From Schizosaccharomyces osmophilus (taxonomy: Eukaryota): DNA of 64,000 nt. The notes under the pieces are model-generated. The model was not told where the DNA came from, did not search any database, and saw only the letters and a program-made list of their open reading frames with translations. Position 1 is the first letter of the stretch; the number at the start of each line of letters is the position of its first letter. Location: contig NC_079238.1 of assembly GCF_027921745.1 (NCBI RefSeq), forward strand, positions 2,542,001 through 2,606,000, read 5' to 3'. This document shows, in pieces, positions 48,529-61,124 of the stretch. Both the position numbers and the translations under genes were made by a program.

Positions 48529-51252
48529 TTAAAGTTTTTTGACTGCCTCCTTTAAAAGTTCAGGTATATTTTTTCTGGCATTTTTCACATCCTTAGTTAT
48601 GGTAGGCCAGAAATACCCATGACGAGGGTCAGCAGTTTCACAGTTTTTAATAACCTCTTCTTGTTGTTCTTGGGTTCCTACCTCAAGACTGAATTTATAA
48701 AACCAAACCCAGACATCGCCGTTATCCTGATCCGCCCTGATAGCTTTCATAAACCACTCGCGTGATTTTTCTAGTTTTGATTCAGAATGCAGCATCCTCG
48801 CAATTGTGCATAAAAGGTAGGAATTACCTTCACATTTTCGCAAAGCATCAGTGGCCCTAGTTTTTCTTTGAGCTCTAGGCTCTAACCATATTGCTTCCGA
48901 CCATAGTAATCCAGATGATGGACACTCCTGTAAAGCCTTGGCCAACGCTGCTTTCATCTGAGATGTATTTCCTATACTGCTTTCCATTTTTAACACTTCA
49001 AGCCATAAAAGTTCATTCTTAGGATTACGAACTTTGGCTCGATCAAGAACAACTCTTGCACGTACGATAGTTTCTTTTGCTTTCAACCTAGCAAGAAGAA
49101 TCCACAAAGCAATGGAATGAGGACATAGCTTTGTACCCATTACAAATGCATCCTGCGCTTTCCCAATATCATTAGAGTCTTCCAAGATTTGTCCTTTCAT
49201 CATCCAAAACTTATCGTAAGTAGGAAAAATTTTCAAAGCATCTTCCAACAATGCCAATGCTCCATCCACTTTACCCAAAACTCTTTCCAACGAAATGGAC
49301 TTTGTCCAAATTCTTTCTGAACCTGATTCTATACGAGCACGTGCTAATAATTTCTTAGCCCTTTCATCTTCATTGTTAACAAATTCAAGTTTTACAGCAG
49401 CAAGCCAAATTTCTTCACTGTTAGAATTAAAGTCGAAGGCCCTTCCCAAAATATTTCTAGCTCCGTTCACATCACCAATATTTTTCCTTTCTTTGGCGTA
49501 GACTAACCAAATAATTTCAGTTTTTGGGCATGCTTCGATTGCCTTTTCTAAGATCGAGCAAACCGTATCGGTAGATCCATAAACCTTCTCGGTTTCAACA
49601 GCACGAAGCCAAATTTTCTCATTTGTAGGATATACACGGAGGGTATAAGCAAAGACTGCTCGAGCACAATCGAGACATTTTGAAATTATGAAAGACTGAG
49701 CATCATCCATCCAAGTATCCAATTGATCTTCTTCATCTAATCCTATAGATAAGCAAGTATTAATGATGGCTTGAGCCGTAAGAACGACTCCCTCTTTTTC
49801 ACATTTTTCAGCTTCATGTAACCATTGATCGCGTTGTAACATGCCGCCAGTTTCCTGTAGTTCGGCAATACCACGAGCCATAATTTTTTGAACTCTAGAA
49901 ACATTTCCTTGTTGTTCTTCCAAACGTGCAGCTGCTATCCATACTTCGTGCGAAGTACGAATTGTCTGCCTAGCTTTGTTCAAAACCTTTTGTGCATTCT
50001 TGTATGTTTCCAATCTTGCAAGCGCGAGCCAAAGATCAATAGACATCGGAATTAACTCAACAGCACGAGCAAGTAAAATCCTGGCATCCGTTACTTCTTC
50101 TTCCAAATTCACTGCTTCTTTCCACAGACCGACAGAAGTAGGGTTGTGTTCAAGAGCTTTTTTCACAATTCTTTTTTTCGCAGAACTCTGTGTTTCTAAT
50201 CGTTCTGCTTCTAACCATAACTTTACAGAGTGAGGAAGATTCCGAACCGCGTCAGCAATTATTACTTTCGCTTCATCAACCGGATGCAAACGTATAGCTT
50301 CCATCCAAACATCTTCTGAGCGTGGACAATTGTCACACCCTTTCAGTATAAGGATACGGGCTTGGCTATTCTTATTAGCAACTTCTTCCAAACGAGCAGC
50401 AGCTACCCAACCAGAAGCGTGTTTGGGATTGGTTTCAATTACGCTTTGAAGTAATTTGCGAGCCTTCTTCACGTCACCCAAATCTGTGTTGCTTCTTGGT
50501 ATCATACTGTTTAAACTGGTTAAATATCCCTTTGGATCAACGGTGGAAGATGAAGTTAAATTTGTGGAAGCTTGAGCAAGCTTAATGCCTAGTACTTTGT
50601 CACGAGCCGCACCGATTTCAACAAAGTTAGTTTTAGAGTCATCCTCTGTTGTACTTTCTAAACCGGATGCACCGTCAACAGCCACGGAAGACTCCAGTTG
50701 ACCTTCGTTACGTGCACCCGCTAGAACAAAATCACTCGTAGCATAAAATCTTTCACGTCGGGGCTGTTTCGGCCTTTTTTTTCGAGTTAAATCACCAGGC
50801 TCAGGTATGTTTAACCAATCCTCATCCGTCAAAGTAGATAACCCACGCTTTAAATCAGCGAATTGGGAAGATATTTTGGGGTTTTCTTTTTCAATTCGTT
50901 CGCGCTGCAATTGCTCTTGGCGTTCACGCTGAGTTTTCCTCCGTTTGCTTAAATTATCTTCTACGGTTTGATAAATACGGTCGGCTTCTTCGTCTTCAGC
51001 ACCGTATGGAGCTGTTGCAAAAAGTGCTACTTCATTTTCCGGGTCTTGATACCTAGGGTCAATGTCGTCTTCTTCAGGCTCTTCACCAGATCTTCGTTTC
51101 TCAATCGCTGCTTTTACAGCATCCTGCGAGGGTAATTCCTGGGCAGGGCCCAAATCCGAGCGTGTTGTAAAGCCTGTAGCACCGCGTCCCAGGCCTGCTA
51201 TATAATTAGGAGGCGGTGCCATGTTTAAAAAATCTGGGTGGAATGTTGCCAT
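48529..51252 (-). CDS. prp1: Tri-snRNP TPR/HAT protein Prp1 (Prp6 orthologue)
   Basis: PPPNYIAGLGRGATGFTTRSDLGPA, QFADLKRGL, DPKGYLTSL and HAT repeats. Confidence 0.97.
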   Translation of the reverse strand: MATFHPDFLNMAPPPNYIAGLGRGATGFTTRSDLGPAQELPSQDAVKAAIEKRRSGEEPEEDDIDPRYQDPENEVALFATAPYGAEDEEADRIYQTVEDNLSKRRKTQRERQEQLQRERIEKENPKISSQFADLKRGLSTLTDEDWLNIPEPGDLTRKKRPKQPRRERFYATSDFVLAGARNEGQLESSVAVDGASGLESTTEDDSKTNFVEIGAARDKVLGIKLAQASTNLTSSSTVDPKGYLTSLNSMIPRSNTDLGDVKKARKLLQSVIETNPKHASGWVAAARLEEVANKNSQARILILKGCDNCPRSEDVWMEAIRLHPVDEAKVIIADAVRNLPHSVKLWLEAERLETQSSAKKRIVKKALEHNPTSVGLWKEAVNLEEEVTDARILLARAVELIPMSIDLWLALARLETYKNAQKVLNKARQTIRTSHEVWIAAARLEEQQGNVSRVQKIMARGIAELQETGGMLQRDQWLHEAEKCEKEGVVLTAQAIINTCLSIGLDEEDQLDTWMDDAQSFIISKCLDCARAVFAYTLRVYPTNEKIWLRAVETEKVYGSTDTVCSILEKAIEACPKTEIIWLVYAKERKNIGDVNGARNILGRAFDFNSNSEEIWLAAVKLEFVNNEDERAKKLLARARIESGSERIWTKSISLERVLGKVDGALALLEDALKIFPTYDKFWMMKGQILEDSNDIGKAQDAFVMGTKLCPHSIALWILLARLKAKETIVRARVVLDRAKVRNPKNELLWLEVLKMESSIGNTSQMKAALAKALQECPSSGLLWSEAIWLEPRAQRKTRATDALRKCEGNSYLLCTIARMLHSESKLEKSREWFMKAIRADQDNGDVWVWFYKFSLEVGTQEQQEEVIKNCETADPRHGYFWPTITKDVKNARKNIPELLKEAVKKL

Positions 51253-52174
51253 TTTGCTGGTAATGCAAAGAAATTGACAATTCCACTTATCGTCTAGTAA
51301 TTCATAAAAGTGCTAATATGGAGAGCTCGTTCGAGGCAGTGTCTTTCGCTTACAGTTGTGTATATATCAAAGGATGAAAATTCGAAAGTGCAAAACAATT
51401 ATACAAATAACTTCGTTTGTTTTTTAATATCAAAACTATCCAAAAATTCATGTATCACCAATTTGTTGTATGCTGTTGACTATATAAACAGATTTTGCGG
51501 ATATTGTTTTGTCTCTAAACCACTACCTTGAAGAGAGTATTAGTGTACGAAATAAAAGCTTTTATCAAGTATCCAAACCAGTTTGTTTATTTTATCTTTT
51601 TATAAACGAAAAGGAAAATCAAACAATGTAATAATAATAAATGAAACCAGGAAGGAAAGAAAACAGATTTAAGATATATCGCAACACATAATAACCGAGT
51701 GATAACTGGGCGGATGCAGCTGTACTTTGTACAAATACAAAACTGTGTCTGCCTTTTAATGTCTCGGAAGAAAATAAACTGTCGGGAGATAATTGATGCT
51801 CAACTTTTCATTCATTTGAGTACCTATTTTTTTCGTCAGTAACATCCATTTTAGAAGATATAAAGCTTAGGGTAGGACAACAATTCACATTTGGCGGTTT
51901 AATTTGATAGGAAGGCTAGAGGCAAGTAATTTTGAAAATAATAGCGTGAATCGCAAGTAAAACAGTAGGTTTAGGATTTGATGTTTAGAAATTGATACAT
52001 TGCAATATGAACAAAAGAAGCCTGCAAATTAAGTAGCGTGTTGGTAGAAAGTTTGGATACGGTATGTTACTTCACATAAGTTATGGGTGACATTCACATA
52101 CTCATGTAAAGGCACGTAAATAGAGGAATTGCACTTGCGCTTAACTTATTTCATCCAAATTCTAGAACCCATTC

Positions 52175-54613
52175 ATGACTTGTAATCATATAACAGAAAC
52201 GAACGTTAGCATTCCTAATGGATATCAAACTGTCTATCGGGAAGAATGCGTTCGATGCTTTGTTTCTCAGGTATGGACTAAAAACGAACAAGAGTGCCTC
52301 TCCCAGGTGTAATGTGAATTCATACTAACCTCGTAGGATTCTGAAAGTGGGATTGATCTCTGTTTAGCTTGCTTTGAATCGGGATGTGGACCAAACGAGC
52401 ACAACCATTCAAAAACACATCTCGATCAAAAACAACATCCTATTATGCTGAATATAAAAAGAAAGCTCAAACCAGAAACGGTAAGAAATGAATTTTTCGT
52501 ATGAAACTTACTGACATGAATTCAGTGTGGAGAGCCTTTGCGAAAAGTTACTAAACTAGAGATTCGGGAAGAATCAGAGGAGGATATTTATAATTGGTTT
52601 TATCAGCCCCATTGTCTAATTTGTAAAACTGATCTGGATATTCAGCAACCTCTGCTTTCAGCATCATTTGAGGCAGTCATTAAAGCGCCAAAAGCCTCCA
52701 ACAAAAGTCAAGTCAAGGCTTGGGAGAACGAAATCGTTCCATGTGAGCATACACTTTGCCTTCAGCCTCAAGCTGATTATATCCCCGACTTAAAAGATAC
52801 GAAATGCTTTGGTTGCGATCTGAAAGATAACTTATGGATGTGTCTGCATTGTGGAATTTTGAGCTGCGGACGCAAGCAATATGGAGGAGGTGGCGGTAAT
52901 GGACACGCGATAGAACATTTTAAAAAATTCGAGCATGCTGTCTCTGCAAAACTAAAAAGTATTACACCGGATGGCCATGCTGATATCTATTGCTACAGTT
53001 GCGATGAGGAAAGAATTGACCCGTATATTGAAGATCATTTGACAACTTTCCAAATCGACATGAAAAAACTTAATAAAACTGAAAAATCATTGGCTGAAAT
53101 GCAGTTGGAGCAGAATTTAAATTGGGATTTTGGAACTTCTGAAGAAGAATCAGGTGCTACTCGTTTATTTGGACCAGGACTTACAGGATTAAAAAATTTG
53201 GGAAATAGTTGCTATTTAGCTTCTACAATGCAGGCTTTATTTTCCGTTAAGGAATTTGCTGATTTTGAGCTAGATTTATTCAATACATGCAACCCTAGCT
53301 GTGATCGTCCGGCTTCAAATTTACAATGTCAGCTTTCCAAATTGGCTGAAGGGTTATGTTCTGGAAGATTTTCCAAGCCAAGCGAACTTGGACGCCAGAC
53401 AACGGACTCTTCTTCTATGCTCCCTTTTCAAGATGGTTTACGACCTTATATGTTTAAAGACGTCATTGGCCAAGATCATCCAGAATTCGGTACAGCTCAA
53501 CAGCAGGATGCATATGAATTTTTAGTTTACCTCTTGGGTATAATCCGTAAAAACAGCATTGGAAATCGCGATATTTCTACTCTTTTCGATTTTGAAATTG
53601 AACAAAAGCTACTTTGTCTTTCGTGTAAGCGTGCACGTTACTCGGCATTCACATCCCAAGGACTTACAATCCCTGTTCCACGAAGGAAAATAGGAGAAGA
53701 AAATGGTGAAGGCATATACGAAGAAGTTACTTTAAATGAATGTTTGGACTCGGCCATTCAGCCTGATAGTATGGATTATACTTGTGAGGCTTGCAAGAGT
53801 AAGCAAGGGGCTACAACCCAATTATCATTAAAAACATTTCCCAAGGTTCTAGCTTTACAACTGAATCGTTTCGATATCCAGGCTTTTCAAGTTAAAAAAT
53901 TGGGGATTCCCGTAAAGGTTTCGGAAGAAGGACTATACAAGTTAGACCATCTCCTTGTGAAGTCTCGACCTGAAGGTGAAGAATTATTGCCTGAAGCCGG
54001 TCTCGCAATCAGTTGGAATGAACAGGCTATGGAGCAACTTCAAGCTATGGGCTTCCCATTAATTCGTTGTCAGAGGGCTATGCTGGCTACCAACAATGCT
54101 GATGCCGAGACTGCCATGAATTGGCTTTTCGAGCATATGGAGGACCCTACAATAGATAACCCCATAGACATATCTGAACTTAAACAAGCTACTAAGAGTG
54201 GTACTGTGCCTGATGATAAGGTACAATCTCTATGTGAATTTGGATTCCCAGAAGCGCGGGCTACAAGAGCACTTTTGGAAACCAATAATGACGTTGAAAG
54301 AGCTGTTGATTGGATCCTGAACCATCCAGATGAAACGTTTGAAGAAACAACGAGCGAAGCACGGGGATCAATGGAAGCCGAAAAAGTGAAATACGATACG
54401 AATTCTTTACCTGCAAACTACCAACTGAAAGCAATCATTAGTCACAAGGGTGGTAGTGCACATGCGGGGCATTATGTAGCATTTATTCGAAAAGAGATTG
54501 AAGGTCAAGGTGTTTGGGCTCTTTATAATGATGAGAAGGTTCTCAAGGTGTCGTCGCTAGAAGAAGCAAAGGCTACCGGATATGTCTACATATTAGAGCG
54601 AATAGACAATTGA
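52175..54613 (+). CDS. ubp14: Ubiquitin-specific protease Ubp14 (USP5/13), 2 introns at the 5' end
   Basis: ZnF-UBP, Cys box GLKNLGNSCY, QQDAYEF, two UBA domains, His box AGHYVA. Confidence 0.96.
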
Positions 54614-54961
54614 TAATCCCAAGCACCAAACGGTGCCAGACGAAAAGGAAAAGGTCCAGGACCGAATGGTATTATTTGTTTCGAATACCAATAAAAGTTA
54701 AATAGTATAAGTTTTTAATTTATTAAACGTTCGTGATTGATTAAATATCAGGACTCATCAGTCGCCAATAAAGTAGTATTAATTTCACTTCATAATCTTT
54801 ATTGTTTTATAGCGCTATTGTAGCAAACCAATGTTTGTTTACAATTTGAATTTAAAGTGGTAACTTTAACGAGCCTTAATGAAAACTAATCATAGAGGTA
54901 TTGATCTCGTAACACAAACAATTACTTGCAATTACACATATCCAAAGTATAGACAAACACA

Positions 54962-57214
54962 ATGGAGATGCTCATTGGAAGAGCATTACAATTTCAATCC
55001 TTCCATTCCTCAATTGATGCCATCTTTTGGCATCAACTGAGCAATTACAAAGTGGAACAACAGAAGCTGGACGCGTCGCCAGTTGCTATTCATGGACGTT
55101 TTAACGCATATTCACGAAGTGCAATCTCTATTGTCTTTGGTAAAGCATCGGAAAATAGGTAAAATGAGAAAGAAACTAATGGAATTCAAATGCTAACCGA
55201 GCAGCTCTATTAAAGAATGCATCGCTGAAGGTACTTTAATCAATGCAAATACACAACAAGAGTTTGTGGAGGCTGATGTGAAAGAAATACGTGAAAACAT
55301 AGGCAAAAAAGTAAGATATTACGCGAGTACATAGCATGAATGACGCTTGACTAACAGTTTGCTAGTTGTTGGAATCCATTGAGAAGGACACTGTGGCCGA
55401 AAGGCCAAACGAATTGATTCAATTCTTACTTTTTTCATATGCAGACATAAAATCTTATCGATACCATTACTGGTGCCTTTTTCCATCTCTAAAAAATACA
55501 CCATTGTGGATCGTCAAGAGTTTCCAACCTGCAGAATCAGTCATTCCTTCTAATATCGTCTCGCCTCAAATTTTAGACTTTTTGAAAACATCAGATTGTA
55601 CACAAAGACCTTTTTTCATTGTGGCAAAGGACCAGAAAGCTCAATGGCTTGTTCTTCCTCTCAAAGAGTTACCAAGGTGCCTCACTGATAAATTGGAGGT
55701 AAGTACCGAAATTTTTAAGGACTGTTAACTTTTTTCTTTTATTTGAGTATGAAGCTAACTGTCCTAGTTTTTTATTTTCGCCGAGGACTCATTTCAACTA
55801 CAAGAATATCCTTCCTGGCCAACACGAAATCTTCTCGCCTATCTTTCAATTAAATTTCATCTTGAAAAGACAAAAATTATCCTCTTTCGAGATGGGATGA
55901 GTTCGGACAACTTATCCCGAAGTATATTTATAGACTTAGTGAGTCAGAAGAGTCAAGATTCCTTGAAACCTTTATCGACCGTAGGCTGGGAACGAAATGG
56001 AAAAGGCCAATTAGGTCCAAAAGTAGTAAACTTGTCTTCTTTAATCGATCCTGTCTTACTTTCCGAGTCAGCATCAATGCTGAACTTAAGCTTAATGCGA
56101 TGGAGACTCGTACCACAGCTTGATCTTGGTGTCATTCAAAGTACTAAATGCCTTCTCCTCGGAGCTGGAACACTGGGATGTGGAGTTGCTAGAAATCTTG
56201 TGGTATGGCTATAAACATTGAAAAGAACGCTAACAAATATAGTCTTGGGGTGTTCGACACATTACCTTTGTTGACTATTCAAAAGTGGCTTATTCCAATC
56301 CTGTAAGACAATCATTATTCACATTCGAAGATTGTAAAAAAAAGCAGCCTAAAGCTCAGTGTGCAGCGTTCAGATTAAAGGAAATTTATCCAAAAATGGT
56401 AAGGCTGACAGCCATGCTGATTCTAATACTAATATTACAGTTTACTGAAGGCCATTCAATTAGTATTCCGATGCTAGGACATCCAATATACGAATCTGAC
56501 ATTGAAAAGACTAAGAGGGATTATCAAATCTTAGAAAATTTGTTTTTGAGCCACGATGCAATTTTCTTATTGACAGATACGAGAGAATCACGCTGGCTGC
56601 CGACTGTCATGGCTACTTCTTTGAACAAGATATTAATTAATTCCGCGCTTGGATTTGATAGTTGGCTTGTTATGAGACATGGAAGTTTGTCACAAGGAGA
56701 GAATCGCCTTGGCTGCTATTTTTGCAATGATGTGTTTGCTCCATCCAATTCTGTTATTGATAGAACCTTAGATCAAACTTGTACGGTAACACGTGCTGGA
56801 TGTACTAATATTGCAACCGCAATAGCTGTAGAATTGTTTGTTAGTCTGCTACAGCATCCGAATGGGTATGTTTGAAAAGCTCCTGATTTTTTAATATTAA
56901 CAGTTTTCAGTATCGCTGCCCCTGTCTCTAACACAGAGTCTACGGTTTTGGGTGAACTGCCTCATCAAATACGTGGTTTTCTGCATGACTTTAGTTTATT
57001 AAAGATATCTGGAAAGGCTTACCAGCAATGTTCCGCTTGTAGCGAATACGTAATAAGTGAGTGGGAGAAACGAAAGTGGGATTTTGTTTTACAGGCTATC
57101 AATGATTGCGACTACATCGAAGAATTATGTGGCCTACGACTGGTGCAACAACTTGGCGAAAGCGCAGGAATTATGGAGGAATGGGATAGCGACAACGAGA
57201 ATATACTTGCATAA
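54962..57214 (+). CDS. atg7: Autophagy E1-like enzyme Atg7, multi-intron
   Basis: [43 protein letters not shown], catalytic [15 protein letters not shown]. Confidence 0.96.
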
Positions 57215-57360
57215 GAGCACGGATTCATGATGATTTCTTAACGATTCTTTTGATGTAATGAAAAGCGAATGCGACAAATTCTTGAATTAAAGATCATTAA
57301 AATACATTTAAGATAACAATAGACGCAATATTTTTTTAATCAAACAGCCCAAAACGTAAT

Positions 57361-58590
57361 TTAAACACCTTTTTTTATCTTAAACTTGTCCTTTAGAGCA
57401 ACAAGCGTTTCCGATCTTGCTTTTGGCGGACTAATTGTTCGAGGCAAAGTAACCTTTGTCTGAAGTGGAACCTCCATTGTCATACTCGTATCAGATTCTT
57501 CAGGTTCTTCAAATTTCGCTGTATCCGTCTCGAACTTTCTTTTTTTCCTAACGGGCAGAGGTATTTTGGAAGGAGTAAGAGAAGATAGTCGCTGTGGAGA
57601 TGCTGGATGCTCTATCGCATTTCCACTATCCATGTTATCATGTTCTGTCACCTTTTTCGCACTTTCAGTCAAGGAAAGTTCCTTCGCAGGAGTCTGGGTA
57701 GTTGTACCGGATCTGGCAGTAGGTGAAGCATGAGAAGAGCTAGATGATATCCCTATAATGGCTGATGTTCTTTGAAGGTAAGGTGTGACACGAAGAGGTG
57801 ATTTTTTTGGGAGATTTTTTGAGGCGGGACTTAACGGAGATTCTACAGGAGAAGTAAGACCAAGAGTACTAACCGTGCTTTTCCTCCCTTTTCCTTCGTT
57901 TTTTCTGAGTTTCTTACCCTGCGTTGCTACCTTTGATTCCAAAACTTGCAGCCGAACTTTCCAATTAGACTCTTCTGTTTCCAGTTTGATTTTCCATCTA
58001 TCTAACTCTGATTCTTTGGCTGAGACGGCGCTATGGAGCTTATTTAAATCAGAATCTTTATCTTTAACAGTCTTTTTTAGGTCTGTAATTGTACGATGCA
58101 GACGAGTAATTTGGTCCGTATTCGATGATGACAGGCTAGTTTTGTCTGGCGACAGGTTTGAAGCTTTGCCCTCGGTGTGTTCAAAATGAGCTTCCTTTTC
58201 GGGAAAAGCTTCCTGGTTAAAATGTTCAGTATGTTGTTTACGCAATATAGTCATATCTTCTATATTTTGTGATATGTCTGACTCCAAAGAGGAGATCCTA
58301 GTTTTAAGTTGAGAAATATCAGCAACTAAAGAGTCATTGATTTCCTTGAGTTCACTGACTCTTTTCGCATTCTCATCGTTTTTAAGGTCTTCATTTTGAT
58401 GCATCAATAATTTGTTTACATGGTTTGTAGCTTCCAGACAGGCCGTTCGTAGTATATCTGTTTGCAAGCCATGTACAATATTAGAAGCTTTTGCCAAATA
58501 AAAGTTGAGTTCCAGCCGGCGTTGTAATAGCTGACTTTTTACATGATGCAGAGAGCCCGTGTGTTTTCTAGAGAGATCGTCAACGCTCAT
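57361..58590 (-). CDS. mde4: Monopolin subunit Mde4 (coiled coil plus S/T-P-rich tail)
   Basis: N-terminal coiled coils, many SP/TP sites, basic RKKRK; lies between atg7 and the Pal1-family gene as in S. pombe. Confidence 0.8.
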   Translation of the reverse strand: MSVDDLSRKHTGSLHHVKSQLLQRRLELNFYLAKASNIVHGLQTDILRTACLEATNHVNKLLMHQNEDLKNDENAKRVSELKEINDSLVADISQLKTRISSLESDISQNIEDMTILRKQHTEHFNQEAFPEKEAHFEHTEGKASNLSPDKTSLSSSNTDQITRLHRTITDLKKTVKDKDSDLNKLHSAVSAKESELDRWKIKLETEESNWKVRLQVLESKVATQGKKLRKNEGKGRKSTVSTLGLTSPVESPLSPASKNLPKKSPLRVTPYLQRTSAIIGISSSSSHASPTARSGTTTQTPAKELSLTESAKKVTEHDNMDSGNAIEHPASPQRLSSLTPSKIPLPVRKKRKFETDTAKFEEPEESDTSMTMEVPLQTKVTLPRTISPPKARSETLVALKDKFKIKKGV

Positions 58591-59766
58591 ATATTAAGTA
58601 AACCAGAGTTAAAAGAGCGAATTGTGTAACTTTGGAAGGCAATAATCTATAAAGGTAGAGCAAAGTATTAATCCTTTTCCTCCTAAGGGAGTGTGACAAA
58701 TAATTAAGAAGCTGTAGTATTGGGGTTGAAGCGCTAGTATGAAACGTCTGTATGTGTGCATATATGTTAAGGTCGTAGCGCTTCTTCCGCAGGCCATACG
58801 AGAAAAAAAAAAAAAAAGAAAAAGAAATAGAAAAAGAATACATACGGCTCAGAGTTTTACTTCGTTGTACAGCTATAAAAAAATCCCATATGTCAGAAAG
58901 AATTACATGAGAAATTTCGCTACGTGATTCAAGGCTAAAAGGTGTAAAATACATTTTATTTATATTTTTCCATGTTTCTCTTGTTGAGTGACTCTTCTTG
59001 TGCCACAAAATCAAATACGAGTTTGTGGTTCATAACTTTGACCTTTTTACCTCTCGGATTCCGAGTTCGCTGTGAACAGTTGTAAGGTTATTTGCTAATT
59101 CTGTAAACGAAGAATTTCCAGGCAAAGCCAATTTTGTAATTGATTGTTTCCCTTTTTCTATTTTTCTTAAAATAACTATTGCTTTTGTTAGCTAGTTATT
59201 CATGCATAAGCTGTTTATGTGATAGAACATTCATTCGTCTACACTCAAAGTGTGAGCCACTCGCATTTCATTCATAAGTATATGTAAAAATTCTCTATTA
59301 GCAAAATATAAAAGTGGTCTTAGACAATGAATGCGTATAGTCAGTGTTGAAAAGCTCACATTATCCAAGTTGCTTTCGAAAGTCAAAGATTCATTTTCAA
59401 AAGCACTAATTGTCACTTATCGAAAAAGTATGATATATGTATCATTTTCTTTATTATTCTTGGAATTATGTGCACTTATTTATACAAACGCAACAAATTA
59501 ACATTGACTGATGGCTGAACAAATTTCCGGTTTTGTAAACTTTACATCGTCACCATCATACCATACTTAATTTGCAAGGATACAATAGATTTTGTTTCTT
59601 TCTGCTTCCTCATCTGTAAGAATAAAAAAAATGTGTGACAATTTCGTGACGCAATTTACATTGCTGAAAGTGTCATTAAAAATAAACATTGAAGATGTAC
59701 ATATAGAGTGGACTTTTCCTCAGTGCAAGCTTAGTACTTTCAAACTTATTCAGAGACAACGAAATA

Positions 59767-60684
59767 ATGAAGGACAACAACCCCTTTTCAGAGTCAACAT
59801 TTAGGAACTTTGTTGACCATTCAACAAAGGAACCATACATAGACCATGACCATGACCAAGAGTTTAGCAAACTTGGTTATCTTGTGGTAAGTGCAAAAGA
59901 CGTAGTTAAGCTAATAAGGTCCAGTTTCGTTCATTTGTACAACCAGACGATGATAAATTCTCTGAAAGGCCCGAACGAAAGCTTTCACTGGGTAAAGCGA
60001 ATTTGGACAGGTATCTAGATCATCCCAATTATCCTTACGATCCAGCTTTAATGCAGCACAATGCTGGTCCTCGGTTGAACACACGATCACTGCGAGCAAA
60101 AAACAATCATTTGAGAAAGCAACCCGCCGTGAAACCTAGACTTATCATCGAAGATAGAGGGTTTAGGAGCAGGCCTAACCAGATAAATATACCTGGAGGA
60201 AACGTTTCTATGCCGGGGTATGATAGAATTGATCAATTAGATACATCTAATTCGTATCTTGGTGATTTTGGTATGTCATTCAATACAGTATACAATTTTT
60301 TTCTAACAGTCAGGCGTTCATCATGATGGCCCGTTCGAACCATGTTGCAAGCACCGAAATTTGGATATTAGTACCAGTCCAGTCGCTGCTTTTTCGGAAA
60401 ACAGTGAAGCTAACAGCTTAAGTGCTCTCATTCCAAAAGATAAATCCGAAGAAGATTTGGCTTCGGAAAACGTTGTATGGGAAGGGGCCAATAATAATAC
60501 CTACGGTTCACCATCTTATGTTGAGCAAGATAGCTCACATTCTAATAATCAAGAGAGCGAATCCTTGTTGAGTAACAATGATGGCAGACAGCAATCAGAA
60601 AACCATTTGCAACGAAAAGCTTCATTTTTGGACCGTTTGCGACACAACTGTAAGAAAAAGTTATCCAGCGGCGGTACAAAGTAA
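59767..60684 (+). CDS. Pal1-family protein, spliced
   Basis: N-terminal NPF motif; DRIDQLDTS...FG| joined to ..HHDGPFEPC across an intron, the Pal1 signature. Confidence 0.85.
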
Positions 60685-61124
60685 AGCCACTCACATTTCT
60701 TCTCAATCACTCAAGTGTTTTATTTCTTCGTAATTTCATCATTTTTTTTTTCTTCTTTGCTTTAATCTTATAATGTCCTCAGCCAGCATTTGCTTAATGT
60801 ATAGGCCTTCATATTAATAACTATACAATTTTGTTCGATCATTCAAAATTTAATTCTTAAAATAAAAGTAACATGTAACATAAGGACAGTAACAGGAGGA
60901 TTCCACGATCCGAATGTGCATAAATGAACGTGTAATAAAAGAATTTTGAGGTGTAACTTATGCACAGTACTATTAAGGATAAACATATAAAACCCCACTG
61001 AGGGTAACGTATTTGAAAATAATGATAAGAAAACAAAAAGGCAACTAACATAACTTATCATTCATGCGTGAATCAATCAATATTATAGCAAAATCATTAC
61101 TGCATATACAATGGTTCCTTTCCA

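Noticed and set aside
58580..59014. 144-aa minus-strand ORF abutting the mde4 start
   Set aside because: Non-ATG start, crosses a poly-T tract, and has UTR-like composition.
12285..59920. Several AAG 3' splice sites (DnaJ, fma1, PBDC1, ric8, nbs1, Pal1-family)
   Set aside because: AAG acceptors are a known minority class in fission yeast, so this is not unusual.
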